A DNA stretch of 64,000 bases from the NCBI GenBank assembly GCA_051294905.1, contig CM119372.1:3846001-3910000 (forward strand). The letters run 5' to 3'. The translations under genes were made by a program, and so were the position numbers. Shown here piece after piece: positions 27,101 through 41,078 of this stretch. How positions within the stretch are numbered: position 1 is the first letter of the stretch; every line of letters begins with the position of its first letter. The notes under the pieces are model-generated. The model did not search any database. It saw only the letters and a list, made by a program, of their open reading frames with translations, and was not told the DNA's origin. The stretch comes from Botryllus schlosseri. Taxonomy: Eukaryota.

Positions 27101-30100
27101 GCGAGAAAACGAGAAGGCTACGACCTGGTGGACTCCTTGTTGAACCTGTCCAAGTCCGAGGACGGCAGGGTGGCGGTGAAGGCGTGCGAAGGGTTGATGC
27201 TGCTGGTTTCTCTGCAGCATAAGGACGCAGCACGGGCTTTGGTGCAGGATACGGCACTGTGTTACCTGCTTAATTTGAGGTAGGCGGCTTGGTTGGTGCG
27301 GTTTTTAGGCCGGTTTTGGCTATGTTACGTTGATCTACGTCATCTAGGGTCCTAGGTATACCATATGTCCTCTTTTAGGATCTGTCCCGTTTTCTTTTCA
27401 ATAACAGTAAATGTTCTCCTAGGACACCCAAATGACCTCTTTTTTTGCATTGCGGCACGATTACTTTGACCAGCTCTGTTATCCGAGCAGATTATCATCA
27501 CTTTTCACGGCGCTGCCCGAGGATATGGACCCCGTCGATGTGGAGAGCGTAGAAGCCAAATGGGGGCTCGATTCCGGACTGCACGACGGGCATAAATTCA
27601 AAGGGAAGCGTGCCCTCGTGTCTTTTTTATCCTGGTTCGACTATTGTGATCGTTTGGCCGCGGAAGGCGGATCGGTAGGTGGCTTCAGTAAAAGGCGCTG
27701 TGGATTATGATTTTGTGTTGTGGGTATCACACCTGGTATCATGTCTGGAGTGTGTCTAGGGCAGGGGTTCCCAAACTTTTTCTGCGTGTGGCACATTAGA
27801 AAAATTATAAAACGCTTGCACACTCACAAAAAAGTTACTTAAAAATCTATTAACGTGGACATAGCTGTTCTTGTTTATACTAGTTGTAAACAAACATACC
27901 TGCATTTTGTCATTTTCCAAGCAGCCTCTCTCGGTTACAGCTTTTAATTCCATTCGACACGAAAAGTAAATATGTTTAGATACCAATTAACTAGCCACCT
28001 ACGCTTGTTTACAGCAAATCCTGAGAAGTATTTTCGAATGTAAGTTGAAGTTGAGATAATGCTATCGCTCGCGATTTGCGGCGTGATTTCTTGTTTATGA
28101 GTTGATTTGAGACAAATCAAATAATTTCTTCGTGACGTACCAGCCCAATGACGATGTCGACATTACCATACTCATCAGCAATGCCATGATTGGTTTCCTG
28201 GACATGGTCACATCTGCTCAGTTATCAGTAGGGCAAGTTTTTGTTGCACTAAAAACCTGAGAAAGTTGCATTTTGCTCGGTTGACTAAAAAAAGGGCAAT
28301 TTTCCGGCTCAGCTCCCAAAATACCCGTAAAAGCGTTATTTTGGTGCTGATTTACGGTGTTACAGTCGAATTTGGCCGTGTATTTCACCAAAATCGAAAA
28401 TACTTTTCATGAAAAATCGAAAAGGTTGCAAAAATTGGCAAAAAGTTGCATGAAAAAAATGGACAAAAGTTGCACTATAAGATTCCTTCAACGGGCTTAA
28501 AACAGAATTCTACATATCTTACGAGTATTTAGGAAGCTGCCGGAAGCTGTAAAAATAAGTTGCAAAAACTTGCCCTAGTTGTCAGATATTGGAGATATTA
28601 CTTATTCAAGTTTCGTATTTCAGAACCCATAAATAGGCCCAAAAACTGTCTTTTCTCTGTTTCACACGCGCAGAGCGATAAAATGAGTATATTATGAATC
28701 CGAGGACTTCGATATCACCCAAGAGTTTCAAAGAAGTGTCGTGAACTCGAAACTGAACACTGTGACTTGGACTCGGACTTGACTCGAATTAAAACTGTAA
28801 AAGTCGAATTGACTTGTGGCCCAGAACCTTGACTTGGTTACACTCTTCGTCTAGAATCTCACGCTAATATTTTTTCCTGCATCCTTACAGAGAGAGTGTC
28901 GCGAATACATTTCCCGTTCGATTCGGGAAGAGTTTTTCGAGCAGACGCTCGGCCCGATGCTGTGCGCCACCAACGAACGGACGATTCTTACCTCCACGTC
29001 TATTTTTGCCAAACTTTTCTATTCCGTCGAGTGCAAGGACCTCCTGCACGAGATGCTGAATTTTCTACTCGCCGAACCTAAGGATCAGGTGACGATACCT
29101 ACTTACAATTCTTGAAAAAACTCTGGAAGATACAGAACTTCAATATACAGTTGAATAAAATATATATATTGAAGTAAAACCAAATATTTTCGCATTCTCG
29201 TCGGACACTCGTCAGGGGCAATTGTCAGCAACAAGAGAGAATTTTAATATACAATTGAATAGTATACTCATATAGTATATGCAACTAGTAGAGAATTCTA
29301 TTCAAATCTATTCTCATCTCTGTCTGTTTTCACATCAGAACTCGCCTTCGCTGTTGCTGCGTCTTCTGGAAAGATGCGATCATCTGTCGGACGAGATTTC
29401 GATCATGTCATTGCAATTGTTTGAGACGGTACTGCGTAAAAACGACCCGATGGCCATCGAGGCTTTGATATTGAAGTATTTGTGCGACAGAGGGTATCAT
29501 ATGGAAAACCCCGGTAAGTGAACACCGAACAGCGCAGGATCGTTACAAGTGCATTTAGCTATACTACGTCTACATTCTAACGTCGAAATGAATAGACTTG
29601 GCTCAACAGCCGTACGAGAATTCTGGATACAAATCTATGATGCTAAATTCCAAACGAAGCTGTCTAGATATGGTTCAAACAGTTTCAGTTTTGGTTTGAC
29701 TCTGAGACAAATACCCACAGGTAATATTGTAATCCAATCGGAGCCCGCGGAACTAGAGTGGGACCTCGAGCCCGGGCTGGACGTGCCCCCGTCCGATGTC
29801 GCGGAAGCCAACAGAGAGGCCGGCGTCCAAGAGACAGAGTCCAGACAAGGTGAGCCGTTGATGGAAGTGAACATTTTTCACACTTTCCAACTTGAATATA
29901 CGATTGAATAATATGTTATGTTTTCGGCCAACACTTATCAGGGGTAATAATCGGAAGCTAATAGAGAATCGGAAAGAACATTGCATATCAACAATCACGT
30001 CACAAAATCTGACATCGCAGGCATGAAAATTCTAATAAAGGCGAGCAGATGGCTCAAGTTGAAGTACATTGAGCGAAAATATTCGGGTCCATTTCAATAC

Positions 30101-33100
30101 GAATGTTTTTCAATTGTATATTGAAGTTCTGTACCTCCGAGAGTCTCTTGAAGTAATGTATTGGTATTGAAATGAACCCGAAACATGTTATGGTATGGTG
30201 ATACGATTGTTGAAGTGCAAAGTTCTTCTCAATTCTCTACGAGTTGCTGACGATTACCCATGACAAGTGTTGAGCCGAAAATATTCGGGTCTATTTCAGT
30301 ATAAATATATATTATTCAATTGTATGCTATTGCCTTTCATCTTTATCATTTTATTGAAAATTGTATCAAATCAATACTCCACAAGACTGCGATGTAATGA
30401 AAAGAAAAGGAAGAAGGTGTTCGAAACTGCTTGGAGTAGTGTTTTGATCAGACACGCACATTGGCCTACAGCATGTAAATAAGAGGCATGCGCACTGGAT
30501 AATAGAAAGGATAACTTGAAAGGAAGCGAACAAAATGAATGCTTCATGTGTCTTGTAGGTGAGGTTGATATGTCAGATTATGGTCTGGTTATCTTAAGGG
30601 CTGACTAGTGATTTGAGACCGCAACATTTAGAGCGGAGTGCCCCTATACAAATTATTCGCACTTACGGACTTAACAACTTGAAATCTTACCGCCAGCCAT
30701 GAACGTCGCGAAATACAATCCAAGACTACACGTGCAACAAGCTGTGAACTGCTATTTGAATGTTTTGCCGGAGGCGGCCAAATCGTCGCAAACGTTTGAT
30801 GATGATTCAGGGTAGGCGTGCTGACTGTTTGCTTGTGTGCTCGCGAGGGTGATACATCTACTGATATCGCAGGCATGACAGCTATCTGAGGGAGGCACAT
30901 CGGATGTACCGGGACGTGCAGTTTGTGTGCGGACGTTTCGGCTGGCCGAAGGAATTTGAGAGTCCGGAGAGATGTAAGGCTGTCGCCAACTTTAACGAAG
31001 GTAACGCTCTGATAACTAGGGCCGGCTTCGTATACTAGCAACGCTCATCAACTGTTCATTTTCCGTCGCAGGACCTTTCATGCGTATGCTGTTGAATAAG
31101 ATATCTCGACTCTTGGATCAGCCCTACGAGGTGAACCTCGTCGCCACATCGATTGCGTCGCGACTGTGCCTTACCCCTCACTCGCTGCTACATGAATATT
31201 TTGTGGACCCTCTCACGCCGACGCGACCAAACATCAAAACTCTTTACGGCACGATTCAGGTGCGCATTACCGCCACTATATTGAGTAGTTGTTCGAGCTG
31301 TTCATTTCAAATTTGACATGCATCGTGATTAAATTGTTTGATTGCCAAAAATATTGTTACACGCTAAATTAGGCTCAATTCGACCAGTAGAAGAGACTTC
31401 TGGGTAAAGAACTTCAATATACAATTGAATTATAATATATTCATATTGAAACAAACTCAAATCTTTTCGGCTTTTTGGGTAACTTGCGGCTTCGGGTAAC
31501 CGCAACACAATGGCCATAACATTGACCCGTTGCGACTCTCCGATTGTTCGGACAATGCCGATATTTCAGACTTGGAGGACAGATTGTAGATGGATCAGTG
31601 CCTCATCATTATTTTAATTTATATTTTAGGAATCGGTGCAACAGTAGCTTTCGATAAGACCAGATTCAATAATTTCTGTGCTCGGAAAGATAGCATTTGG
31701 ATTGCCAAAAATCCTACAGTCGCTTACGCAAAACAATTCTCCACTCCAGCCTCGGCGAAGCAGAACGAAGTTGCAAAATCGGTCGTTGCCGTTCCATGTT
31801 TAATTTCTATAGTTGAAGACTCGAAAAATCAGGCCAGCAACGATAGCCGAGTTCGCGTCAATCAACGACCTAATTTGGCGATTTTCTCAGCGGGAGATTG
31901 CGTCGCGTTACACAGTGCATTGACGTATCCCACTAATTGGCGACACGCTTCTCGCTAATTGGCCGCGCGAAACACTCATAATACGACTTATTGAAGCTTC
32001 CTAAAAGTTTAAAACACATTATTAACGATACTATTTTATCCGGTTAACCGGAAGATTTATATCCGGATATCGGATAATAAAAAAAACCTGCGGTTAACTG
32101 GTTAACCGTTATCCGGATAATCCAGCCGTAGTTGGAATCGAGCCAAAGTTGGCGTGCAGCATTTTATTTAGGCAACCTAAGTGTTAAATCACTTTGCAAG
32201 TGAAATTGGGAGAAAAATATTATAGGACAGCCCGCATGTGCAGTAAAACTACAAAAATCACTCTTCTAACTATCCCCAAGTAAACCGTATAATCATCTGG
32301 TCGTTTTTCCGATAGCAACTCACGACCGAGATGATGGCGAGATTCGCGAGAGTGCCGAACTTCAAGCACAAGCTCGTTTTGACGAGGAAGTCTTTGGTCG
32401 GGAGCAACGCGTCGCCCGCTAAGGGATCGCTAGGTAAGGAGATCTATGATGGTGGCCGTAAAAAGAAGACGGGCATTAAGAATTAGTGTGTGTCCGCCTG
32501 AGGTACTCGAGGAGGTATTTTTCTGCACTAGGTATGGCTTAACCCAAGCGGATATGCGTTTAGTCTAGTTCAGAGGTGTCAAACATACGGCCCGCGGGCC
32601 GCATCCGGCGGTCCGGCCCGCAAAGCAATTTTGAGTAGACTGAAAAATTCTTATATTTTCCAGCACATTTGTAACAAATATTAGGACATTTTGCAGGAAA
32701 TACTTCCATGTTCGTAAGCCCCATTATGACCACCCGACTACGGCGCTGCGGTTTCACTCTAGTTAGTAGTTACCCCTAGTAACAAGTCGGTGAAAAGGAA
32801 ATAAGTCCACACTATAAGTTCAAAGTTTTATACAAATAGAGACCAGAAAGTAGTTATTCATAGAAGCGAAAACGCCAATGCGGAACCGTTAAATGCTGTT
32901 CACATGGAAAATATATTAGTTTCACTGATATGTAATTGAAATATCTATGGTCGCACTGCTATGCCACTTTCGGCCCAATAGAGACACCGAATTCGGGGTC
33001 TAATAATAATAAACCAAATTCCAACGTCTGCGTTTCTAATTAAATATCTTATATTCCTCACAACAACGAATATGTCTGGCTAATGCCAGATTACTACTAA

Positions 33101-34323
33101 ATCAAAGGGAGCATAGAATATGACAACTTATAACGCCACTGTTTTAGCGGTTTTCAACTCTATTCTACTATGGACTATTTTGGCGAATAAAGGGGTTGTG
33201 ACTTGCTACTTCAAAAACCCTATGATCTGTGTAGTATTATCTATATATGCTTTAAAGGTATTCAAGTGAAAAGATAGATAACGAGGTAACATTTTGCAAT
33301 CAGTTGACTGATCCGGCCCGCGAGCGATTTGAAGGCTTGAATCCGGCCCGCGACGCAATTTGAGTTTGACACCCCTGGTCTAGTTTTACTCCTACTGTGC
33401 GAAATAGCCTCCGGTCGAGACATGTTCTCGGAATTGGGTTCCAATATACAATTTAATAGAATAGCCTACTCATTGAAATGAACCCGAATATTTTCGGCTG
33501 ACACTCGTCAGCACTAATAGAGAATTGGAGGAAGCATTGTATATCAGCAACGGTATCACCAAATATGACACCACAGGCGAAGAGATCACTATTAAGCTCA
33601 ATGTACTAAAGTTAGAGGGTGCATGAACTTCTTCTGTTGGCGGATTCGGGAATGAAATTTGAAAAATTGCACCTAGTGCATTAGATGAAAGTAGTTGTGA
33701 TAAGCTAGCCTCGCTATTATGAGTGAAATAACCCCTGTGTCGCGATGTTTTTGGATATTGCACCTAAATTTGCAAGTGTCACTAGTAATTGTGCATCAGA
33801 CACATCTTGCAGCTTCGAATGTAGCCACTGTCAATTCACTGTTAAAAGCCGAACAAATGTGAATTTTGAAACTACTTTGCTAAATTACTTTTCTGAGCTC
33901 CAATTTTGATTCTAATCTCATTTCTGGTTCTCCTGAAAATGCCACAGAATAACTTTTAGCGTGAAACTGGCCAAGCTCGGTTTAGTTGTTTGCCATTCTC
34001 GTCTCTGAGAACGAACTGAATTAATTCAATTTCCAAGATTTTGTGAATTCGGTCATTCTAAATGTAATCTGTAAAAGACTGTAACTGAAATTCTAATCTA
34101 ATTGGAAGTAGTAGCTGAAGATTTTCTAGTTGTACAATTCCTGTCCACATTAATACATAAATCTTCGTGGCATCCAGGTTCCCATTCGAGTCAAGCCATG
34201 AACGTCGGAAACGAACTCTCCCACTTGCTTGAAGGCGCCATCGTTCTGGAGGAATTTTGTAAGGAGCTGGCCGCAATCATATTCGTGAAGCACCACGCTA
34301 CAACTGCATCCACCAACCCGTGA
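24145..34323 (+). CDS. FHIP2A: FHF complex subunit HOOK-interacting protein 2 (FHIP2A/FAM160B1-like), ~754 aa, 14 exons
   Basis: Exons 24145-24282, 25143-25256, 25989-26125, 26188-26341, 26939-27279, 27491-27674, 28891-29088, 29339-29513, 29721-29849, 30697-30811, 30873-31000, 31072-31259, 32316-32433, 34178-34323. Motifs MFSK...[87 protein letters not shown]. Confidence 0.92.
32571..33377. mobile_element. Charlie-like hAT MITE in a FHIP2 intron
   Basis: TIRs cagaggtgtcaaac...gtttgacacccctg; subterminal cggcccgcg motifs; exact TSD GTCTAGTT. Confidence 0.85.
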
Positions 34324-34609
34324 CTGTGTGCATCTGACGCAATCTTTTCCTGATCCTTATCTGATATTAAGAATTCTAACTATATAGTGTACTGCTATGT
34401 AAGGTAACGACCTAGAGTGCTTTTATTGCGATGTAAGAAAATGTGCATACAGTAGTTTTTATTCATTTCAACGAATGCCGTATTCATGTGTTTTGAACAG
34501 CGAACGAAGCGTGCAATGGATTTGCATTGAATTATGTGCTCAAGTACGGAGAATAAAATATATTAAAACTATGAGAGTGTGACACATTCTTGTATGTGGA
34601 ATCCTGAGA

Positions 34610-34948
34610 CTGGAAAGGAAAGGACGCAGTTTATTTTTGTCCTTGATGTTTTTGCGGCATATACACCGACTCATGATACACATACACGCGATCTGCGCAT
34701 ATGCATACCATGAGTACATGATGTGCATATGCCGCTGGACAAGGAAGTGCAGATATAGCCTTTACAGCTTTCTAAGTCATGCACCACCCCTCCACGCTAT
34801 CCCAGTAATGCATGAGCGCCAAGCAGGGAAGCCATGGATACCAGTGTTACTAATCAGGTCTTTGGTCTGACCCCGGCCGGGAATCGAACCCACGACCTAC
34901 CGATCAAGAAGCAGGACGCTTAACCATTACGCTATCTTGTCGGTGGAC
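34610..34948 (-). mobile_element. tRNA-derived SINE (~340 bp)
   Basis: Minus strand has Pol III A box (TAGCGTAATGG, 34924-34934) and B box (GGTTCGATTCC, 34880-34890), followed by a tRNA-unrelated body that recurs at ~13915-14176 and ~1476-1630. Confidence 0.8.
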
Positions 34949-34987
34949 TAGGGCTGGGAACATTTGAGTACCCTAGTGATTCAATAA

Positions 34988-35923
34988 CAGTGTTGGGATG
35001 ACTCGAGTCATGACTTGACTCGAGTCACATTTTTTGTATGACTTGACTTGACTCGAGTCACTTTGCTAAAATGACTTGACTTGACTTGACTCGGCGTATC
35101 CAAAATGTGGATTGACTTGTGACTCGGAGCAACATTCACGAGTCAATTTCAAGTCATCAAGTAATCGGTGTCGATAAAATCATTGTATCTTGCATATGGT
35201 CGGATTGCTCGCGAAACGCTCGTGTAACCCGTGAGAGCGACTAATCATTCAATGATCGTGCGTTTCACTGTGCCTTCATTGTTCTTTCCCAAATAAATTG
35301 ACCGCAAACGAAGTGATCGAAGCTTATAGCTTACGATCTCGTAAACTAGTATAGTAAAGAAATTTAATAGTAAAATGTATATTTCTGTTTTCTGTTCTTA
35401 CCTAACCAAACCTCTTGATTTATTGAAATTGACTTCAAATATAGTTTATATAGTCATCAACCATTGGCGCAGGCTCGAATGTATAGTGCATCTTATCAAT
35501 TCGTTTCTCTATTCTCTATTTTGGCTGGTAACTATAAACTGAGGCTATGCAATTACTTACGTAGTTTAGCAGTTCTACGTACATGTGAGTGATACAGCGT
35601 CTTCTTGCGTGTATATTTAACTCTATATTCGTTCATTGGTTCAGAATCAATGACCTACTGAATCTGTATTTCAGACAGCCAGCAAAAGGCAATGACATAA
35701 TCATGCCTCATACTTCGAAAAGCCAACTTGACTTGAATTGTGACTTGACTCGTGACTTGACTTGACTTGACTCGACTTGACTCGAGTCAACTCTAAAAAT
35801 CGAATGACTTGACTTGACTCGAGTCACCTTCCAAAATCGATTGACTTGACTTGACTCGAGTCAAAATGTGCAATGACTCGAAATGACTCGTGACTCGAAG
35901 GTAGTGACTTGATCCCAACACTG
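34988..35923. mobile_element. hAT-like MITE with (GACTT)n/GACTCGAGTC subterminal repeats
   Basis: TIRs cagtgttgggat...atcccaacactg; exact TSD TTCAATAA; appears nested in an older tagggctggg...cccagcccta element (~34949-36622). Confidence 0.85.
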
Positions 35924-36976
35924 TTCAATAATCGAGTATCACTCATTATGACGTCAAACAGAATGTAAGATGTCCAAGTGCAAATCTACATCACATCAAA
36001 GATTCTTCGACCATACCGATTTCGTTGCACTTCGTGACAATGTTGTGGGATCGACTTCGGCACTGTGTTCGGCACAGGAACGGTCGTAGCTTTTTACTAT
36101 GCTTCGCATGGTACGATAGAGTATTCAAGGTTGAAGTCTTCCAGAGTGGGAAATAGCAACGAAACTACAATGTAGCTACAATTTTCGTTGATAAATTATC
36201 TTGCAGGGTGAGAAGCGTATAATTTCGATACAGATGCATCATGCTCCAGCAGTCACGTAGCGATCGAACTTTATATAGTTGTCGGCCGATGTCATGAAGG
36301 AAATTATTATGTCATACACACCAAGGTGGTTTAGATAATGGGTTTAACGCAAGATGTCCAGTCAGGAGATTCATGTCAAAATCGGGCCTAGTGTATCCTA
36401 TTTCCTTCATAACATCGGCTGACAACTATATAAAGTTCGATCTCTGCGTGATGCATGTGTGGAAATTTCAATACATTACAGCTCCGTTCTGAAGAAAACG
36501 GCTGCGGCCAAAAATTTTCTTTCGTTTTGCCCTTCCATTTGAAACCACATCATTCTTAGAGTGCAGTGCCCCTTTAATACTCAATTCAGCTTCGAGTACT
36601 CGAATCATTGCGCCCAGCCCTAAATTGCACATGTACATATAGAACTACATTTCCTCATTAGATCAGTCTTTATTTTGGTCACCATGCTAATTACCGCACT
36701 CTCCAACTAGTAATCAGTGCAGACTGAATGACTAGTAATGGAAGATATCAAATGGCAAGGGCCGAAAATGACGTGGCATGCGACCGAATCAATACTGACA
36801 AAGCTGCTATGGTAGAACATGAGAAGTCAGGACGAAATTGCATAACACACCGCCAAATTTAGCCCATGCTACAAGTCGTTGACAAGCTATTTCTTTGCAA
36901 TAGGCAGAACATGGTTGAACATTGTGGCGCTAATAGACGATTCTCAACTTCATCAATACCGGTAGCCATTTACATG

Positions 36977-38387
36977 CAGAGGTGGTCGGTAACAAAGTAC
37001 TTCTACTTTGGAAGTACTCAAGTAGTTTTCCTCTAGTTCTGGTAATTACTCAAGTAGATCTGATTTTCTGTACTTCCACTTAGTAATATATTTTGTCATC
37101 TACTTACTTACTTTTCGCTATTTTCAGTTTGTCAATTAGAAGTAGTTCAATCTCCAACACCAGGGACTGGCAACTTTCCAGACGGCGGGTCGGATATAGG
37201 AAAATTAAGTACTTGGCGGGCCGGATTGCTGAATCGATACATTATTCTCACATTTTTCCACATATACAAGGAATAAATCATATTTATTGAATGTATTTTA
37301 ACCACAGCAATGTCATTTCAAAGCCATTTCTCGCCGAGAATGACGATGACAATGTGGATTTGAGAAAAGCATTGCCATACAGGCGCGGCCATGTCTGCTT
37401 CTCTCTGATCAATTTACACACGGTAACCTCATAGTGTCCTACAGTGACCGGCTTGCTGAGCGCGAAATTTAATAAAACGGGTATCAATCGAAAGCTACCA
37501 CGGTACTGATTGCGAAAATACATATTTCATTCTGCTCGTGGCCCTGGAACCCCCCAAAATCAGCCTCAAATGTTGCATTGTAACGGAGTTTGGTATGGTG
37601 ACACAACCATGCCGTCTGGGAGCAACTGAGAGCAGCGCAAACCGCAAGCATATTGGCCAATGTTGCGCAACCGATTGAGCATTCAAACTCTCACTCTCGT
37701 GAGCACTTGCTCCTGAGCCGCTCGGACGGCATGGTTGCGTCACAATACAAAACTCCGTAACTCCCAGTTCTTTTGTCTGCAGAACATACATGTTGAAGCA
37801 TAAAAGCAAGTGTAGTAATGCCTCTATTTTCCGAAAATAAAGCTACACACTAAATAAATACAAATTCTCCGATCTACTATATCTGTTATTAACGTGTACC
37901 AATCGCGCAAAGTGTTGAAACCGCATCCTATACAACTTTTCCGTATTGCTCTTCGCCTAAACTTGGGGCCTTATAATATGGGGTAGGGCGCCATGCCATG
38001 ATATTCTTTAAAATGGGGTCATCTAGTAAACAAAGAGTTAGTATCGCATTTTCATATCACTACTATAATTTGCATTCCATGATGCGGAAGAATGCTTAAT
38101 CTGTCGAAAATTGATACCTCCTGGGATGCATCAATACGAATCAAGCTCTCTGCACCTTCCGCATAGCTCAATTTGCAGCTTTGGACAGTCCATGTGAACG
38201 AATTTGAGATTGTTTTTAAAACTACTTACTTACTTGAGTAGATTTCAAGTCGGTCAATTCTACTTCTACTTCAATTAGTTTTAGGTTGCTCATAGAAGAG
38301 GTACTTCTACTCGTACTCGAGTAGATTTTTTCCTCGCTACTTCTACTTCCACTTGAGTAGCTTTCTTGACTACTTTGACCACGTCTG
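36977..38387. mobile_element. Non-autonomous hAT-like element inserted in the 3' part of the THAP9-like remnant
   Basis: TIRs cagaggtggtc...gaccacgtctg; exact TSD TTTACATG; (ctactt/aagtag)-rich subtermini; related sequence at ~14470-15025. Confidence 0.8.
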
Positions 38388-39759
38388 TTTACATGCAGCA
38401 GTGAATTGCGGAAAAGGAGTATTACTGTTGAAGTCTGCTTTATTTAAAGCACAAAAACTGACCATTTTTGTAACCACTGACACTAAGTCAATAAAAAGGC
38501 GACAAGTGCTGTTTATGCAAACCAAAAATCCAAGGAATCCTGTTTTCCCGCCATATTCAACAATTGGCTTTCCTGAGATGTCCTGTAATTTGACAATAAA
38601 GCCCATCATTTCAGCCATAAATGGATGCCACAAATGCTGGTTTGACTCCTTTAGTAGTGATTTATATCCTTTTGCAATTAGGATTCTCGAATTAAGAATA
38701 TCAGAACTCAGGAAGCATCTCATTCTGAGGAGGATAATACTGCAGCCTCATCCCAAATGATTGCAGTTCTTTCGAGTAGTTGACTCCTCTTCCGCCAGCG
38801 TGCGGCTTCATGCGATGTACCAGCTCACTTGGTAGACCACTGAATTTTTGTGGCAATACCTCTCCACACACATCGCTCATCAAACTGCGTCTTTGAGAGA
38901 TGCGATCACCTGATCCTGAGATTTCACTTTTTTTTCCAGACGGTATGCCCGCATTCTTGCTGCATGCAGCTTCCTTTTCATGTCTTCCACTCTTCGGCGT
39001 TGAAGTTGCAAGACTCTTTGAGTAGAGATACCTGCGCAATAACTGTGGTCTTGGAGAACGATTTCAGCCGTTGGTGCTTTAAAATCACGTTTCTTTTCAG
39101 GTGCTATAAAATCACGTTTCTTTTCAGGAACTGTTGCAACAGCTATCACAACTTGCCGTTTGTTGGGAGCCTATAATTTGTGAATTTCGCTTCAGCAAAG
39201 GCTAAGGTAATAGCACCGATTGAAACTCAAACTACTGTACCTCTGGCCTCATATGCTTCGGAAAGTTGAGAAATCTTGTTGGCACCGCATTCTCTCTCAA
39301 ACTTGTTTTCTGGCCATGACGGTAAATGTCACTTTCTGAGAAGTGATCGGAGCAGACGACCGAGGAGCTAGTTGGTGCCCAATCTTTTCTTCCGATACAT
39401 TTTATCCATCTTCTTTTCATTGATTCATTGGCAGGAAAGCTGCATTGTACAGAACATTATATCAGTTTGCAAGCTATTGTGTGAACTGTGAAGCACAGCA
39501 CACCAAATAAATTGTGTATGAGCCAGGGCTGTGGAGTCGGAGTCTGGGTAATTTTCGCTTGGTGGAGTCGGAGTCGTGAAAACTATAATTGCTGGAGTCG
39601 GAGTCGGTGGGAAAATACTCACTGGAGTCGGAGTTTGTAAGAATGACCCTTACTTCGACTCCGACTCCAACTTCTCTATCATGAAGACATTTGCTTTCAA
39701 AGAATTTTCAATAGAATTTTTATGTACCACCAATCACTGTTATTAATAACCATACAGAT

Positions 39760-40615
39760 CAGGTGCGGCCAGCCCGTGGCACGCAGGCCAAATTTAGCAC
39801 ACGAGAAGGTTAGGTGTGGCCTGCGAGGTAATTCTCGAAATTATTTATGACATCAGGTACAATTGCAAGGCCAACCAAAATTTGATTAGCATGACCGCGA
39901 AATTGGATGATGACTAAAACAACAGTTCTGACGCGTTGATGTATCCAGGGGCCAGTCACATTTATCCCAGATCTTCCTATATGACCATAAAGTAGAATAT
40001 TTCATAGCATATGTATTTGACTTGAAATTTTTCTCCGTACTTCGCATGATTCATTGTCACTAGATTTCTTGCATTCAGTATTTGAGCCCCCTTCGGAAAA
40101 TTATAAATACATATTATTCACAGAATTGAGTCTAAGTATATTCGCAATTAGGAGATAACGTGTCGTCCAACATGCGGCTTCGCTTGTGCACTCGCAGCGA
40201 GATCGTCGACAAAACATTTGCGCAAAATGACAGAGGCATGTTCAGTTGTTCACTGATACCATCGATTTTGCTATGTCTAAACGTCGAATAAACCTGTCCT
40301 TGCCAAATGAGCCCAGTGGTATACAGATGTGACCCCCAATGTATGTTAGCAACATATTTATTGATATAATTCAGTCATTATCTTGCAAAAAAATTTTGCG
40401 CTTCGCGCGACCAGGGCCTGATTGCGCGCTGCACAGTTGCAGGACATATTGTTAGCAATTTTAGAGCGTATTAATCTAAGTCTTTGTTTGCAATGTTACC
40501 TAATTCGGTTCGCTCCTATCGGACGACTGAAAAAAGGTTATCAACATTCCAGTTGCCCGCGCAATGGTTCGTAAATCTCATGTGTCCCTTTGGCCGAAAA
40601 AGTTGCCCACCCCTG
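39760..40615. mobile_element. Nested Charlie-like MITE
   Basis: Imperfect TIRs caggtgcggccagc...gttgcccacccctg; TSD atacagat/atatagat. Confidence 0.6.
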
Positions 40616-41078
40616 ATATAGATAAAATTAGAAATTACTTGCAAATTACAACTCAGTTGCACAGTCAAAATTGATGAAATTTTTGGAATTATACCATGAT
40701 ACTGTGACAGAGCAAATGCATCGGCTGGTTTTGTAAAATTGTACAAATGATGTGAATATGACCAAACAATGCATTCCACTTGACAAAATTAAAGATATTT
40801 GTAGTGAAGCTTAGCTGTTTGGGTCGAATAAATCATTAAGAAAGACTGCAAGTCCCAATCCTTGAATACTTGATTAAGTACATGTAGACTAGACATAGGC
40901 TATGGTCTTTGACTACTAAACTAAATTCCATTTATCACCGATGTCTATTAGTAGTAAGAGTGTGTGTGCTTGTAATCAGGATAGTGTGCAATGACAAAAT
41001 TAGTATGTTCAATCTCATTATTAGTTGCTGACTCATACACAAGAGCTACACTTGGATTTTTTATCTACATTTTTATTA

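Noticed and set aside
34870..34948. tRNA gene
   Set aside because: A and B boxes are present, but the sequence continues into a dispersed repeat body; it is a SINE head.
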